Source: Squalus acanthias (lineage: Eukaryota). From it: a stretch of 64,000 bases of DNA. How positions within the stretch are numbered: position 1 is the stretch's first letter; each line of letters begins with the position of its first letter. Of this stretch, positions 1 to 13,286 are shown piece after piece. The DNA is taken from positions 131,752,001 to 131,816,000 of the forward strand of contig CM059431.1 in NCBI GenBank assembly GCA_030390025.1. Reading direction: 5' to 3'. A program made the position numbers and the translations under genes. Under the pieces are notes generated by a model. The model was not told the origin of the DNA. It was given only the letters and a program-made list of their open reading frames with translations, and searched no databases.

Positions 1-1228
1 GTCATTAATATGTGAACAGTCGCAGCTGAGGAATGTTGTCATATGAAAGGGCCCTTGTCTGTGTGTGTCTTTGTTAACCATATCAATTATAGATGCAATT
101 ACACAAACACAATATCTTATCACCAGGGATGGAATTCAGCCAATTGTCAGGTGAATGCAAATGGTAAACTCACTATTTAAAAGGAGCTTTCTGCAGAGGT
201 TTTTGGACAGGCCCAGCTCATAGCATAGTCTACACCAGAAGCTCTCTTGCCAGATGGGTAGTGCTGTTAGCTTCAGGCTGTATTTGCTGCAGTATAAAAT
301 GTTTTAGTGCTTTTTATCCTATATATCATTCCCGAACCTTGTCAGTTCCTGTCCCAGTGGTGGTTCACTTTTCAGTTGTTAAAATGCCTCAGTCCACAGA
401 TGGGAAATTCAGATATTTAAAAAAAATCTCTTACCCACCTCTCCCCAAAAGCGCTAATTTTCATGTTTCAGGACTTTTTGACTATTGTTCCACAGAAAGG
501 ATTTGGAAAAAAGATTTAGATTTAAGAGGTGTGCTTTAAAGTAAAATGTATTCATGTAATTTTTTTTTAAAAGGCCCTGAGCGGAAGGTGCTTAAAATGC
601 TAATGAGCTAAGCATGGAATTCTTTCCCCAAAGACTGTAAACAATGAGCAATTCATTAGCCTGTCTTAGTAATCGATACACCTCACATTCATTGTGTTGA
701 AAGATCCCTGGTCCCAGGTATAGGGCCCTCCTTACAGGTTGTGATTAGAGAGAGATAAAAACAGAGGCAAAGATACAGGCAGTTAGTCAAGTTTGTAAAC
801 AGAAAGCTGCGAGGACAAGCTTTCACCAGGCTCAGAAGGTCAGAATGAAAGCTGATAGTTAAAAGTATTTTGTTTAAGTCAAGCAAGGTGACTAACTGAT
901 GTGGGGAAGCATGGCATTTTCATTATTTTGTATTATATGAAAACAAGTTGTGCTGATTGAATTAGGTGAATCTGGTTATAACTGTTGCTCTGTATGTTCA
1001 CTTGTTTTTTTTAAAGTAAGGAGTTTAATAATTCATACATGGCCTCACCTTTCCAAGTATTCTCTCGGTCTGCCTTGAAAAAGGTTGCAGAAGTGCTTGT
1101 GCAAAAGACATGAATATTCAGTTCAGTCCAAAAGGGACTGCTGTTGTTACATGCTTGGGCTGCCCTATTGTATAGTTAAACATTGTGCAGTATGGGCACA
1201 CCCCTAACTGTAAGGCGCTCAGACCACT

Positions 1229-1540
1229 TCACAGAATCCCCACAGTGCAGATAGAGGCCATTTCGCCCCATCGAGCCTGCACCGACACATATCCCACCCT
1301 ATCCCCGTAACCCCACATATTTAATCCCCCCTAACACTAAGTGTCAATTTATCATAGCCAAATCAACCTAACCCGCACATCTTTGGACTGTGGGAGGAAA
1401 CCGGAGCACCCGGAGGAAACCCACGCAGACACGGGAAGAATGTGCAAACTCCACACAGACAGTCACCCGAGGCCGGATTTGAACCTGGGTCTCTGGTGCT
1501 ATGAGGCAACAGTGCTAACCACTATGCCACCGTGTTGCCC
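1229..1540 (-). mobile_element. HE1-like tRNA-derived SINE, full length
   Basis: Minus strand starts GGGCAACACGGTGGCATAGTGGTTAGC (A box) ... GGTTCAAATCC (B box), then a V-SINE-like core and a CR1-type 3' tail (GATTCTGTGA). Possible short TSD CCACTT. Confidence 0.85.
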
Positions 1541-2490
1541 ACTTGTGGATGAGGCTAGTACCATTGTACCCAATATCTAAGGCAAGACCTGAACTTTTAG
1601 CAATAACTGAAAGTGATGCCTCAGTTCTAGCTCTCACCTGCACCCAGAGATTAACCCTGTAACATCTGTAATATTACCATCAGAAATATTATCATTTGAA
1701 CCATGTATGCTAAATTAAAGCTCCTTCACATTGTCGGAGCTCATCACCTACCACAACAAGTCAATCATCCTTTTCAACTGTTTTTAATGGGCCCTGATGC
1801 TCACCTACATTGATACGTGACTAAGATTGATCCTTTTTTATTGAAAAGTCGGATGAGCAGTGCATGTTCTAAATCTGTTAAAATGCAGCCAAGATGTAGC
1901 CTGCAGATCTGGCCCAAGCATTTGGCTGTAATGCCAATCACACCAGATGGGTGCTTCTTTGCACTACTCCTGATGGCTGTCTCAGGTAGATCCCATTTGA
2001 GACAGAAAACTGTGTCCTAATATGTAGATCTTTCCACATAGTACATAACAAAATTCAAGTTGCCCTTTTGTTGCAATTTTTTTGAAAATTATGTTCTGAG
2101 TAATTAAACTTCATATAATGTAAAGAATATGGAGGATTTGCTGGCCTACCGTTAATGCACGCCTAGAATCACTCAGCTACCAGGTGGAGAATAGCCAGGA
2201 GAGAATAATGGCACCAAAAGTAAAAAGGTTAATCTTGAAACAAGAAAAAAATTCACACTGTTATTTCTGTAATTGTAATGTGAAAGGAAAGATATACTCA
2301 GATTTATGAAGCAGTCTACTTTAATGGGTCTTAGTGCCAGTATAATCATCAATATTATCATCTTACCAACAATAGCCTGTCAAATGAAAATGCATGATTT
2401 TTTTTTTAAGAGTCCAAGGTGACTGATACCAGTATTCTCTTCCAGTGTCAGTGTTTTAAATATTCTTTTTTAACTTTGCAGACAATGTCG

Positions 2491-2613
2491 AGGGTTAAAC
2501 GTGTTGCTCTGAAGTTCAGGGTTAAAAGTGTTGCTCTGAAGTTCAGGTTTAAAAGTGTTGCTCTAAAGTTCAGCTCTAAGTTTTGCTCTAAGGTTTAGGG
2601 TTAAAAGTGTTGC
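2491..2613. repeat. 27-bp minisatellite, about 4.5 copies
   Basis: Unit AGGGTTAAAAGTGTTGCTCTGAAGTTC repeated, decaying to the right. Confidence 0.8.
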
Positions 2614-3424
2614 TGTGTGGCATGCCGTGGCAGCACGAGGGTGGGCATTGTTGCCAGCACAATCACTGTGATTCCAGCTTTACTGTCAGCACTCCATTGT
2701 GGAACAGAGTGCTAACAGAATGTTTGAAGGTGAAAGTATATTGGATTTCTGACATTGGGACCAAAGTACAGACAAGATTTATGGTGTGGGTCCCAAAGTA
2801 TACTATGTTATTTTATTTACAATGAATTACAGGAAAATCACTATCTTAATGTTATGATAAAATAGGAACAACTGTGATATTGATTTTTATTTTATATTTG
2901 AGAGAAAGCATAATTCTCAGGAACTTAATTCAGCAGTACTGTAATCACTTCCTTACAATCAGTGCAGGATGAGAGTTCACAATTATTGGCACCAGAGGAC
3001 CAGCATTTCCCCAGGCAGTATGGGCCATTTGCGTTACTACTTGGAACAACTGAGTCAGCCTGTTTCCAGTGGTGATGCATCCTTTTGACATTAGGTAGTA
3101 TGGATGCTCACAGGTGACAGGACTGTGCACATGCTCATTATATTCTTCTATTCTTTGGCAAGGAAGCAAAGAAAGGATGCAAGTGCTCTGAATGGAGAAT
3201 TGTTTTGTATTATGTATTTAGGATTTGGCTGCGAGCCATTCGTTTTTTTCCCCCACTGCCACTTGGTGCTAGTAGATGTTGTGTCCGGCACATTTTAATA
3301 TTTTTTACTTTCAAATGCAAATAGCAATGTGACAATATTTATTGGACTCAAGGTTCAAAATTCTGTTTGCTAAATGTCACCATATGATCAAAATTATGAA
3401 ATTGTAGAATGTTTTGGCAGAGAA

Positions 3425-3580
3425 ACAGGTATTTAATTTAATTTTGAAAGTGTTTAAGGACTCTGATTCAACAGCAATTTATGGCACAGAATTCCACACT
3501 CAAGCTACCCTCTCTGTAAAGAAGTGTTTTCTACCTTCCCCTTTTATTTCTTTTGTGATTAACTTAAACTTGTGCACTCT
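3425..3580 (-). mobile_element. old CR1 3' fragment
   Basis: Degenerate match to the CR1 ORF2 C-terminal FFTQRVV.xWN region seen in the younger copies of this window. Confidence 0.5.
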
Positions 3581-4010
3581 CAACGAGCAATGTTGGGCAA
3601 TCATGATGTACAGCCCATCATTTTCTGTCCATCATTTTCCAAAATGCGCCCCCTGTGACCCTGTTCCCTGTTGGGAGTGCCAGATTATGCAATCACCAAC
3701 TTGGATCATCACCATTATCTTGGGGATTGTTCAACTCATTTTTTTCACAGTAATAATGCCCCACCTGTAGAGGAATTTTCAACTTGTAAACTGACAAATC
3801 CTGATCTCTCGTACCACACACTAACTGTCATGAAAACTTAAAAGTGAGCCTCAAGTAGTGTTAGCTACTTTATGCTCATGTACTTTTTTGCAAAAGTTAG
3901 CAAATGGATGAAAACCAACACCTGTGGGGGCGATTTTCATGTTGCGACTGCCCCGTTTACACCTAAAAAATATATTGTAGCAAGGACAAAATCAATAACA
4001 TTACAGCAAA

Positions 4011-5106
4011 AACAGCGACAACTTGCACTTATGTGGCACTTAAACATAGAAAGAAAAACATTCTACATGCTACACAGAGGTGTAATCAGACAAAAATGGA
4101 TGTGGGATTCAGGGAGTAAATTCCAGAGTGTGGGGCCTAGACTGCTGAAGGCATTGACTGCCATTGGTGAGATGTACAAGAGGCTGAAGAAGGTTACAAA
4201 CATAGAGAACGTGTGAGGCCATGAAGCGATTTAAATACAAGGATGAGAATTTTTAATTGGAGTTGTCAATAAGGACACGGATGATGGGTGAGTGGAACGT
4301 GGTGTAGGATAGTATACAGGCAGCAGAGTTTTGGATGATCTCAAGTTTATGGAGGGTGGAAGATGGGAGGCCGGCTTGTAGAGCGTTGAAATAGTCAAAT
4401 CAGGAGGTGGCAAAGGCATAGATGAGCTTTTCAGCATAGATGGGCTGAGGTAGAGTGGAGGTGGGTAATATTATGGAGGTGGAAGTAAGCGGACTTTGTA
4501 ATGGAGAAGATTTGGAATTGGAAGCTCAGCTCAGGGTTGAATAGGACAGGAGATTCAGCTTGAAACAGTGGCTAGGGAGGACGATGGAATTGGTGGCAAG
4601 GGTAGGGACTTTGTGGTGGATGCCAAAGACGATGGTTTTGATCTTCCCAATGTTTAAATGGAGGAAATTGCGGCTCAGCCAATACTAGATCTGGGACAAG
4701 CAGTCAGACAACACAGAAGCAGTGGAGGGGTCAAGAGAGATGGTGGAGAGGTAGAGCTGGATGACGGCAACGTACATGTGGAACCTGACACCATGTCTGT
4801 GGATGATGTCATCAAGGGGCAGCATTTAGATGAGGAAGAGGAGGGGGCCAAGGATAGATCCTTCAGAAATTCCAGAACTAACGGTGTGGCAGTGGGAAGA
4901 GAAGCCATTACTGGAGATGCTCTGGATACAATTGGATAAATAAGAGTGGGAACAAGCCAGGGATATCCCACTGAGCTGGACAAAGGTGGAGAAGTGTTAA
5001 AGGAGGATAGTGTGGTCGAACTTGTCAGAAAGTCAAGAAGGATGAGGAGAGATAGTACATCACGGCCACTGTCACAGAGGACGCCAGTTGTGACTTTTAT
5101 TAGGTA
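4011..5106 (-). mobile_element. L2 LINE, 3' part (RT pseudogene)
   Basis: Minus frame reads SGISEGSILGPLLFLI*MLPLDDIIHRHGVRFHMYV (L2 RT motifs). L2-type 3' tail near 4011-4040. Confidence 0.85.
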
Positions 5107-5665
5107 GTGGCAGTGTGGATACAAAATTGGCTAAGGGACAGAAAGCAGAGAGTATTGGTGAACAGTTGTTTTCCAGACTGGAGGGTGGTATCCAGTGGTG
5201 TCCTCCAGGAGTCGGTATTAGGACAACTGCTCTTTTTGATATGTATTAATGACCTAGACTTGGGTATGCAGGGCATAATTTCAAAGTTTGCAGGTGACAC
5301 AAAACTTGGAAATGTAGTAAACAGTGAGAAGGATAGTAACAGACTTCGGGAGGAACTAGACAGACTTGAAATGCACAGACACATGGCAGATGGAATTTAA
5401 TGCAGAGAAATGTGAAGTATTGCATTTTGGAAGGAAGAATGAGGAGAGGCAATATAAACAAAATTGTACAATTTTAAAGGGGGTGCGGAAAGAGAAAGAC
5501 CTGGGGGTTTACGTATAAAACTCTTTGAAGATGGCAGGACAAGTTGATAAGGCTGTTAAAAAAGCATATGGGATCCTTAGCTTTATTAATAGAAGCATAG
5601 CATACAGAAGCAAGGAAGTTATGCTAAACCTTTATAAATCACTGGTTGGCCTCAGCTGGAGTATT

Positions 5666-7356
5666 GGGCTGGATTTTACCAACCTCGGCGGGTCCATGGC
5701 GGACGATGTCGGTGGCGGGTCCCAGCCTCGCTGCTGGCTCCAGCCCGCTGTCCAAAATGATTTTCCCCTAATTGGGCTTGTTAAACCCGCCCAGCGCATT
5801 TCCCGGCAATTGAAGGAAGCGGGTCTGATGACATCATTTGATGACTCGTCATCAGCCGGTTTCCTTAAAGGGACCATGCACAAATTTATTTTGACATTTG
5901 TGCTGTCAGTGTTCTACTGCATTGAGGTGCTGCAAACACTGACAAGCACTGCACAGAGGTGCACAGCTGCACCCAGGCTCATGGAGGGAGTCACAGTACG
6001 CAGGGAGGTTCTCTTCCCTTCCAATGGGCAGAAGAGACCTCCCCAGGAGACCAACGCAACCTGGTTGCACATTGCACAGGAGGGCACAAGCAGGGATGTC
6101 GTCAGGAGGACCAGGCTGCAGTGGCGCAAACCTTTCAATGATCTCAGTAGATCACGAAACGTTACTGCAAAGCCACACTCAACCTCATCCTGCTGTGCCA
6201 CTCATCACATCCTCATCACTCTGCCTTCCCTACCCTAATCCTACACATCTTTACTCACACCAACTTACCTTGCACCTCCACCAATCCCTCTCTATCGGCA
6301 TTATCACTTCCCCATCTCACTAGCCACCCCTCACACTCACCCTCATCCTAGTCCAATCATACCAACTAACAACACACAAGGGTAGCCACTTGGGTGTTTT
6401 ATGCAATGTTCATGTAAAGTTTCTGTTAATGTGGTGTCAAACATTGAAATCTTTATTTTCAACACTTTGCGTCCTTGGACAGATTTGTGAGCACCTTTGG
6501 AAGTGTCTTAGTGAGTTGCAGTGAATGGTGAGACATAACGGTACCTCCCGCAATGGTGATGAGTGTGAAAGGAATGGATGGGCATTGTAGGTATGCTTTA
6601 TGTTGTTGGTGTGGGGTGGTGCCAACCTGGCGCAACATGTGGCAGCCAGGGTGTACAGCATCAAGTGAAGTAAATCTGGCCATGGTGAGGCCATCCCTGG
6701 CCTCCTGGGCAGCAATGTGTTCGGGTGCTGATGCCCTGTATCCTGTGTAGCATCAGTTGATTGTAGAGAAGTTGGTGTTGTTGTTGTTGGTGCTGCTGGT
6801 ATGCCTGGTGCTGCTGGTGTTGGGGCTGATCGTGGTGGGATTCTGAGGACCAAGGTGAGAGAGTTTCAGGGGCGCCGATGCTGATGGAATAGATGGCAGG
6901 TGAAGTAGAGATGACAGAAACGATCTGTCAATGGTGGGAGAGGTAATGAGGTCAGACTGGATGGAGACTTGTGTAAAGACTTGTAGCATTCTGAATCAGT
7001 AGTGGAAATCTGTAGAGAAGCTAGTGGTTGAGGGAACATATCTCAATCAGCTGGGAACTTTGACTTGACATTTGAAGCTGTCAACTCATCAGGTCAAACA
7101 ATGGCAAGTCATCTCCCGCCTCAGCTTCACTGATGAGGTCTACACACAGCTGGAAACTGGTGGGCGACCTGTCAAAATCAAAAAGCTGGGAATAAAGCAT
7201 TGTTAAGTGGCTGTAAACAAGCCACTAATGATTTCAATTGCCTTCCCCGCCGCTGCGTGTCGGGTCTGCTCAGCCCAACCCGCTGTAAAAAAAAAACAGT
7301 TTTCCCACTCGTCACGCCATCGATCGCGTCCACTGACCCCCCGCAAATTTCCCCCC
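5666..7356 (+). mobile_element. non-autonomous PIF/Harbinger element (family A)
   Basis: Ends GGGCTGGATTTT / AAATTTCCCCCC with a perfect 3-bp TSD ATT; the host CR1 rejoins across it. Contains a Myb/SANT-like remnant (+) and a transposase C-terminal remnant (-, HIAAQEARDGLTMARF). Confidence 0.85.
5950..6160 (+). pseudogene. Harbinger Myb/SANT-like (trihelix) DNA-binding protein, exon 1 remnant
   Basis: AAPRL..MEGVTVRREVLFPSNGQKRPPQETNATWLHIAQEGTSRDVVRRTRLQWRKPFNDLSR resembles NAIF1/Harbinger Myb-like domains. No ATG. Confidence 0.75.
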
Positions 7357-7894
7357 ATTGTGTCCAATTCTGGGCACCACAAGTCCATAACAAGAAGAAT
7401 GTCAAGGCCTTGGAGCGGGTGCAGAGGAAATTTGCTAGAATGGTACTTGGGATGAGAGATTTCAGTTATGTGGAGAGACTAGAGAAGCCGGGATTGTTCT
7501 CTTTAGATCAGAGAAGGTTAAGAGGTGATTTAATAGAGGTGTTCAAAATGATTAGGGGTTTTGATAAAGTAAATAGGGAGAAACTGTTTCCCCTGGCAGG
7601 AGGGTCGGTAACCAGAGGTCACAGATTTAAGGTAATTGGCAAAAGAACCAGGGGGGAGATGAGGAGAATTTTTTTTAACGCAGTGAGTTGTTATGATCTG
7701 GAATGCACTGCCTGAAAGGATGGTGGGAGCAGATTGCCCAAATTTCAAAAAGTTTATAAATTTCAAAAGGGAATTGGATAAATACTTGAAAAGGAAAAAT
7801 TTGCAGGGACTAATTGGATAGCTCTTTCAAAGAGCCAGCACAGGCATGATTGTCCAAATGACCTCCTTCTGTAATGTACGATTTTGTGATTCTA

Positions 7895-8385
7895 GGAGAG
7901 AAACTAGAAAAGAATGCAGATTCAGGGCTGGGACTGGGGAGCCTCGGGGGAGGTTTAGCTTGGTGGGCATGGGGCAAGCAACAGAGGCAGCTGACTGATG
8001 GTCTCAAACTTGGTGACAAAGAAGTCCAAGAGTTCCTCACACTTGTTGGAGACAATGGCATCAAAGGTGGAGCTGAGGGATGGAGGGCAGCAGAGTTGGG
8101 CTAAGGTAGTGTAGAAAAGAGCTGGGGCTATCTTTGCACTCCAGGATGATCCTGCAGGAATGAGCAGTTTGGCAGAGGAGAGTGAGGCTCAATAGTGCTT
8201 GATGTGGTCCCGCTAGATATGGTGGATGACCAGATATGTACAAGCCTGAGCCCCTTGGACTTGAGGGAGCAAGGATGGCGACAATACTAAGGAAATGGCC
8301 GGGATGGGAGAGGGTAAAAGTTTTTCTGGGGATAATGGCATCAAAGGTGGAGCTGAGGGTGTGGTTGATAATGAAGTGAATCACT
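7895..8385 (-). mobile_element. L2 LINE, upstream continuation of 4011-5106
   Basis: Minus-strand peptides NKCEELLDFFVTKFETI and NHTLSSTFDAIIP are typical of the L2 ORF2 EN-RT linker. Confidence 0.75.
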
Positions 8386-9371
8386 CGCTTGCTGTTGGAG
8401 GTCTGCTGGATCCAAATTTTGGTGGTCAGGGCCAGAAAGAGGGGGGCGGGGTGGGCCTTTTTAATATATGCAAATCAGGATCAAATGATGTTGTAGGATC
8501 CTGATGCAATTTTTGTCTCCACCCATGTTGCTACCATCTGTTTCTGAACCCGCCCACCAACCATGGGTGGTACAAGTCAGGAGGTGGCCACTTTCAGTGG
8601 TATTTAAAAGGTTGCATTGCTGCAGTCAGAGAAAAGTGGAAGCAGCTCTGGCACTCATTTTTACTGGAGTTGCTTGCCCCTTGATGACATCATCCACAGA
8701 CATGGTGCTTGCCTGTTTTGATTGTTAAAGGCTTCCAATATTGCAACACCTTGCTGCTGTGGGTGCTGCAAAAGTTTCCCTGCTGCTCAAAACTGCGACT
8801 TCTTGCATCCACCTTCCCTTCAAGGTGCTGCTGCAGGTGCGTCATGATCAGCTGACTTGCTGGTTTCCCCCTCCCATTAGCTGAGCTGCCAAAAAGATAC
8901 AATTAGTGCTGGCAACTCACCTATTCAACAAAAGTGGGGCCCGACCATGAAAATTGATTGGGCCTTTTGTCAACCTCATCAGCTGGACAGAGTGGATGCC
9001 CCGCCACCCACTCAATATATGTTCCACACAACATCAACCCTAATAGTGTCTCTTTGAATGTCCATCAGTGAGCCTGTATGAGTAATGTTAGCTGCAGTAA
9101 ACTGTAAGAATTCAAATAAGTGGCAATGTACAAAAGTCCAGTCAGGCCTTGTATATGGATCTAAGTAAACAGGCCGTGCAGCATGCCTTGTTAATTAGAT
9201 CTGTGTACAAAATGCAAGCAGACCATTTTTTTCTTTATTGGTGCCATACTGTTAACTTTCTGCTTCTTTCTGCTCCACGTTGAATAAGAAGTCTGTCCTT
9301 TTTTTCTTTAAATGCGACAATGAAATGTGTTCACCTACTGCTAGGTAGCAGTCCATTCCATAAATTAACAA

Positions 9372-11278
9372 TTACTTGCATTTATACAGCATCTTTAACA
9401 TAGAAAATCTACCGAGGTGCTTCACAGAGGTGACATGGATGCCAAGCAGTACAATAACAGCATCAACAACTTGCATTTATATACCACGCTTATGTCAAAA
9501 TGAGTTCTTGGAGTGTGAAACAAATAGACCCTTATCAGGAGCGAAAGAGCATGGAAAATGGAGATGGGGCACACCAAAAGAGAGGTATAAGAGAATGATT
9601 TTGAGGAGGGTTTTGAAAGTGGGGAGAAGGTTAGCAAAGTGGAGGAATTTGAGTAGAAAATTTCAGAGGTTTGGACAAGGCATCTGAAGGGTGAAAGCAT
9701 GATCAGTGAGGGAGGAATGCATAAGAGGCCAGAAAGTAGATAGAAGGACAACGACTAGGATATAGGGCTTGAGGAGGTTGCAAATGTGAGGGGAATGGTC
9801 GGCGGGCAAGGCCTTGGAGGGTTTTGAATTAATTGTGTCGGGAGGAAGGGAGCCAGTGGGGGATTGAGGACAGAAATGACAAAGGACAGATTGCGGGTGA
9901 CAGAGTTTTGGATGAATTGGAACTCATGTAGGGTAGAGCTTGGTAGTCTGGTGAGTAGAGTGCTGGAGAAGTTGAACCTGTTGGTAACAAAAGTGGGAAT
10001 TAGTTTTCCACAGCAGTGGGGGTGAGCTAATGGTATAGGTTGGTCAGGTTGCAGAAATATAAGTAAGTGGTCTTGGTTATGGAAAGCGTAGGAAACTCAG
10101 TTCAGGGTTGAATAGGACACCAAGGTTGTGCATTGTTAGGTTCAGACTGCACAAGCAGCCAAAGAAGAAAATTTAGTACGTTTTTGGCCGGAGCTGAACA
10201 GGATGGCTTTGGATTTGCTGATGTTTAGGTGGAGAAAGTTCTGGCTCATCCATGGCTTGATGTCAGACAAGCAATCTGTGAACCAGTGGTTATGGTATCA
10301 AGGGTGGTGGTAGAGAGATGGAGGTGTCTGCTATCAGCATATTTGTGGAAGAATACCCCACACCTACGGAAAACATCGCCTAAGGATAAGATGCAACTGA
10401 GGGGAAAGGAAGAACTGTAAGATATTCTTGAAATGGCCAAGTGGAGGCAGGAGGTAAAACCGTTGCTAAAGATGTACTACCTATATTGGGTCAAAGTAGT
10501 GGATGCAAGTGAGAATATTTCCATGAATTTGGACAATGGACAAGAAAAATGGGGGATAGGGGATGGGGGCTATGCTGAACTCCATGGATAAGTTGAGGAG
10601 GGCATGGAGGTATAATGCAGCACAGTTGCAGTCACAGAGGATGTCATTGGTAGGGCAAAACTCAGATGAAAGGATTTGTGAGGAGGGCACAACTGGATGA
10701 CAATGAATTCAAGGAATTTTGGGAGCAAATGGAGGTTAGAGATGGAGTGGTAATTCAAGAGATGAATGGGTTGAGGGTGAGCCTTTTGAGGAGAGGGGTG
10801 ATGAAGGCAATTTTTAAGGGGAGGAGAACAATGTCTAAGCAAAGGGTGATGCTTGAGATGTTAGTGAGCACTGGGATAAGGAATGATAGTCGAGTGATCA
10901 GGAGATGGGTTGTGGGGGTCAGAAAATAGGAGGAAGGTCCCTTGGGTGAAATGAATCTGGTGACGGTAGAGGAAATGGGGAAAAGCTACCGAATAATACA
11001 TGGACAAAGTGGAGGAATGGGAGAGGATGGGAAGTCAAGGACAGGGGGTCGAGAAGGCTGATGCCACCAGACAGATGGTTTCAATCTCAGAGACAAAATA
11101 ATGCATGAGCTCCACACACTTGGCATTAGAGGTGAGCATGGAGGGGGCAGGTGTCAAAGGAGGCGGTTTGTCATTGAGAGGAGTCTGGGAATGTCCTTAC
11201 CCTCGAGAATAATCATTGAGTAGTCGGATTGTTTGGCTGTGGAGAGGGAGATGCGTTTGAGTCAGATCTGGCAGTAGA
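9372..11278 (-). mobile_element. old L2 LINE fragment
   Basis: L2 3' tail (AACTTGCATTTATA, twice) at the left; remnants NYHSISNLHLLPKFLE and NDILCDC; many stops and indels. Confidence 0.75.
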
Positions 11279-11654
11279 CATTTTTGTTTGGAGTTCCTTT
11301 GCCATTATAATTGTGTCTCCTAGTTCTCTTCTATTTCTCCCATGATTTTAAAATCTAGAACCATATTCCCTCTCTTGATCATTTTTCTTTCACTGAGAGC
11401 AGATTTAACATCTCATTATGGCTCAGTGATTTACGTTTTGCACTATGTTCAATCATTTTAAACAGCAGATAACTGCCACGGAGTTTATAATGCACTGATT
11501 TAGGCAGCATCAAGAGCAGAATCATGACTTCACGAAGATCCCATTTAAAAAATAAAACTTCAGTTATAAATATCATGGCTCTAATGCTTAAAGAAGTTTT
11601 GCTTTTAGGACCAACTACCTGTAGTCCTGAATGTTTGTTGTGATCAATTTTATT

Positions 11655-12579
11655 GGCCCTGAATTTGTGGTCGGCGGCGTAGCTAAGGAGTACGCTGCTG
11701 ACATCCGAACTAAATCCGCACTTACCTCATGGGAAGCCCCAGGCGAAAACTTGCTTTCAAATGCTGCGGAGTTGTGCGCAGCATCGTGGCCCACGGATCC
11801 CAGGGGTGCACCGTTGTGTGAATGCAAACCTGGGATCACGTGGGGCTCCTTTCACTTCCTGACTCTTAGCCAATCAGGAAACATAGAAGTCTCCAATGGG
11901 ACAGCATTGAGCTTTGCAGAAAGCCCAACTGAGCAGCTGACCTGGTTTTGTTTTTACTGTTCCCACTGCACTTTCCAACAGATTGCTGCAGCATCTTTCT
12001 TCGATTTGCATTAATTTTGCTACATTAAACGATTTGATGCCAGGCTTCGGCTTTTAAATTGCTGACTATTTAAAAAAAAACTCATTTAAAATAATTTAGC
12101 AGCCAGAAATGTTATTTTATTAATAAATTATGATCATTGCAATAGTATTTAATACACAAACCAAGATTTCAACATTAATAGAATTCGATCAAACACTGAA
12201 AAATCTTGAGATACGTTTTACTGACGGTGTCCTTAAAACCATAACACTCGATTAGGATGCATTTTATGGGCTGTAGCATAAACCTAGCTCAAAATTAATA
12301 CAATTTTCTCATCACCCCCCACCCCCCCTTACGCTGTGCAACAGGTTCCTGTGCCTGTTTGCAACAGCCGTAAACATTTTCAGGGTAATTAATGCGCAGT
12401 AGGTGGGCAATTCGCCCAACTTTTCGGCAGCATGTTGATTTCAATGGTAGGTGAAACGTGCAGCGAAGTCGATATGGACTCGGAACTTGACAGAATGCAA
12501 GTTCGGGATTTAGCGCATGTGGAAATCCCAAACTTGCGGTCAATTTCAAAGGCGTCATACCGACCGCAAATTCAGGGCC
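11655..12579. mobile_element. Harbinger-type MITE
   Basis: TIRs GGCCCTGAATTTGTGGTCGG / CCGACCGCAAATTCAGGGCC; flanks ATT / AAT; AT-rich centre. Confidence 0.8.
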
Positions 12580-13286
12580 AATGTATCCACAACACACACA
12601 GCAAAGAAAATCTTGGTGAGTTGTAGAGCCTCGCTTGTTTTCTCAAACTGCCTCATAACTCTGAAAGATTACATAACCTGAATTACAGAAAATAAAACAC
12701 TGTGTAGCTGACATCTGTTGCATCTTTTCAGTGATTTGTATTCTGTTTCTGACCTGCAGTCTGCACAGAATGTTTCTGAACCTCAAGTTTCCTCTGAGCA
12801 ATCTCTGTCTCTAAACAGCACGAGTCAATTGCATGTGAGCAGCTTTTGCTGTGCACAGTACTGACATCCCAGCTACATGTCTCCTGGATTGTGTCAACCT
12901 GTGGCTTTCTCTTATCCCAAGTGACAGCTATGACAGATACAGGGGTAGGCTATACGATCCTGTACAAGAACCAATTACACCAATAACGCTGAAGAATAAT
13001 TCAGAATATGGCTTGCTGTCACTCAGACTGCAGGTGCTTGTCAAGTAATAATCAGATGATTAGATCGGTACCGCAGTGTCAATGATCAATATGACAGCAA
13101 GAAATTGGCCTGTCCACAGCTTGATTTATTCAGTAATGACTAGTATTTTTTTACTTCTAATTTCTCCTTTGCCTCAACTCATCTACACTGTTTTCAGTGA
13201 AGAGCCACTCTGCTGCCGTATTCATACATGGTGTTTCTGGAATCATCCAGGGGGCATGCATGATTACTGAAGGAAGGGGAAAAATA

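Larger units (their letters stand above)
5107..7894 (+). mobile_element. 5'-truncated CR1 LINE inserted in L2, interrupted by a Harbinger element
   Basis: WIQNWLRDRKQRV...ISKFAGDTKLG; resumes at 7357 with CVQFWAP...RRLRGDLIEVFK; 3' tail GATTTTGTGATTCTA. Confidence 0.9.

Noticed and set aside
1470..1540. tRNA gene (also near 21560-21623 and 34350-34415)
   Set aside because: A and B boxes are continuous with SINE bodies and tails, so these are SINE heads.
5525..6238. 237-aa ORF as an RT-Myb fusion protein
   Set aside because: Chance read-through from a CR1 fragment across the Harbinger TIR.
12760..12834. Possible 75-nt exon (SAQNVSEPQ...SQLH)
   Set aside because: Only moderate splice sites, low-complexity peptide, and phase incompatible with the 27602 exon.
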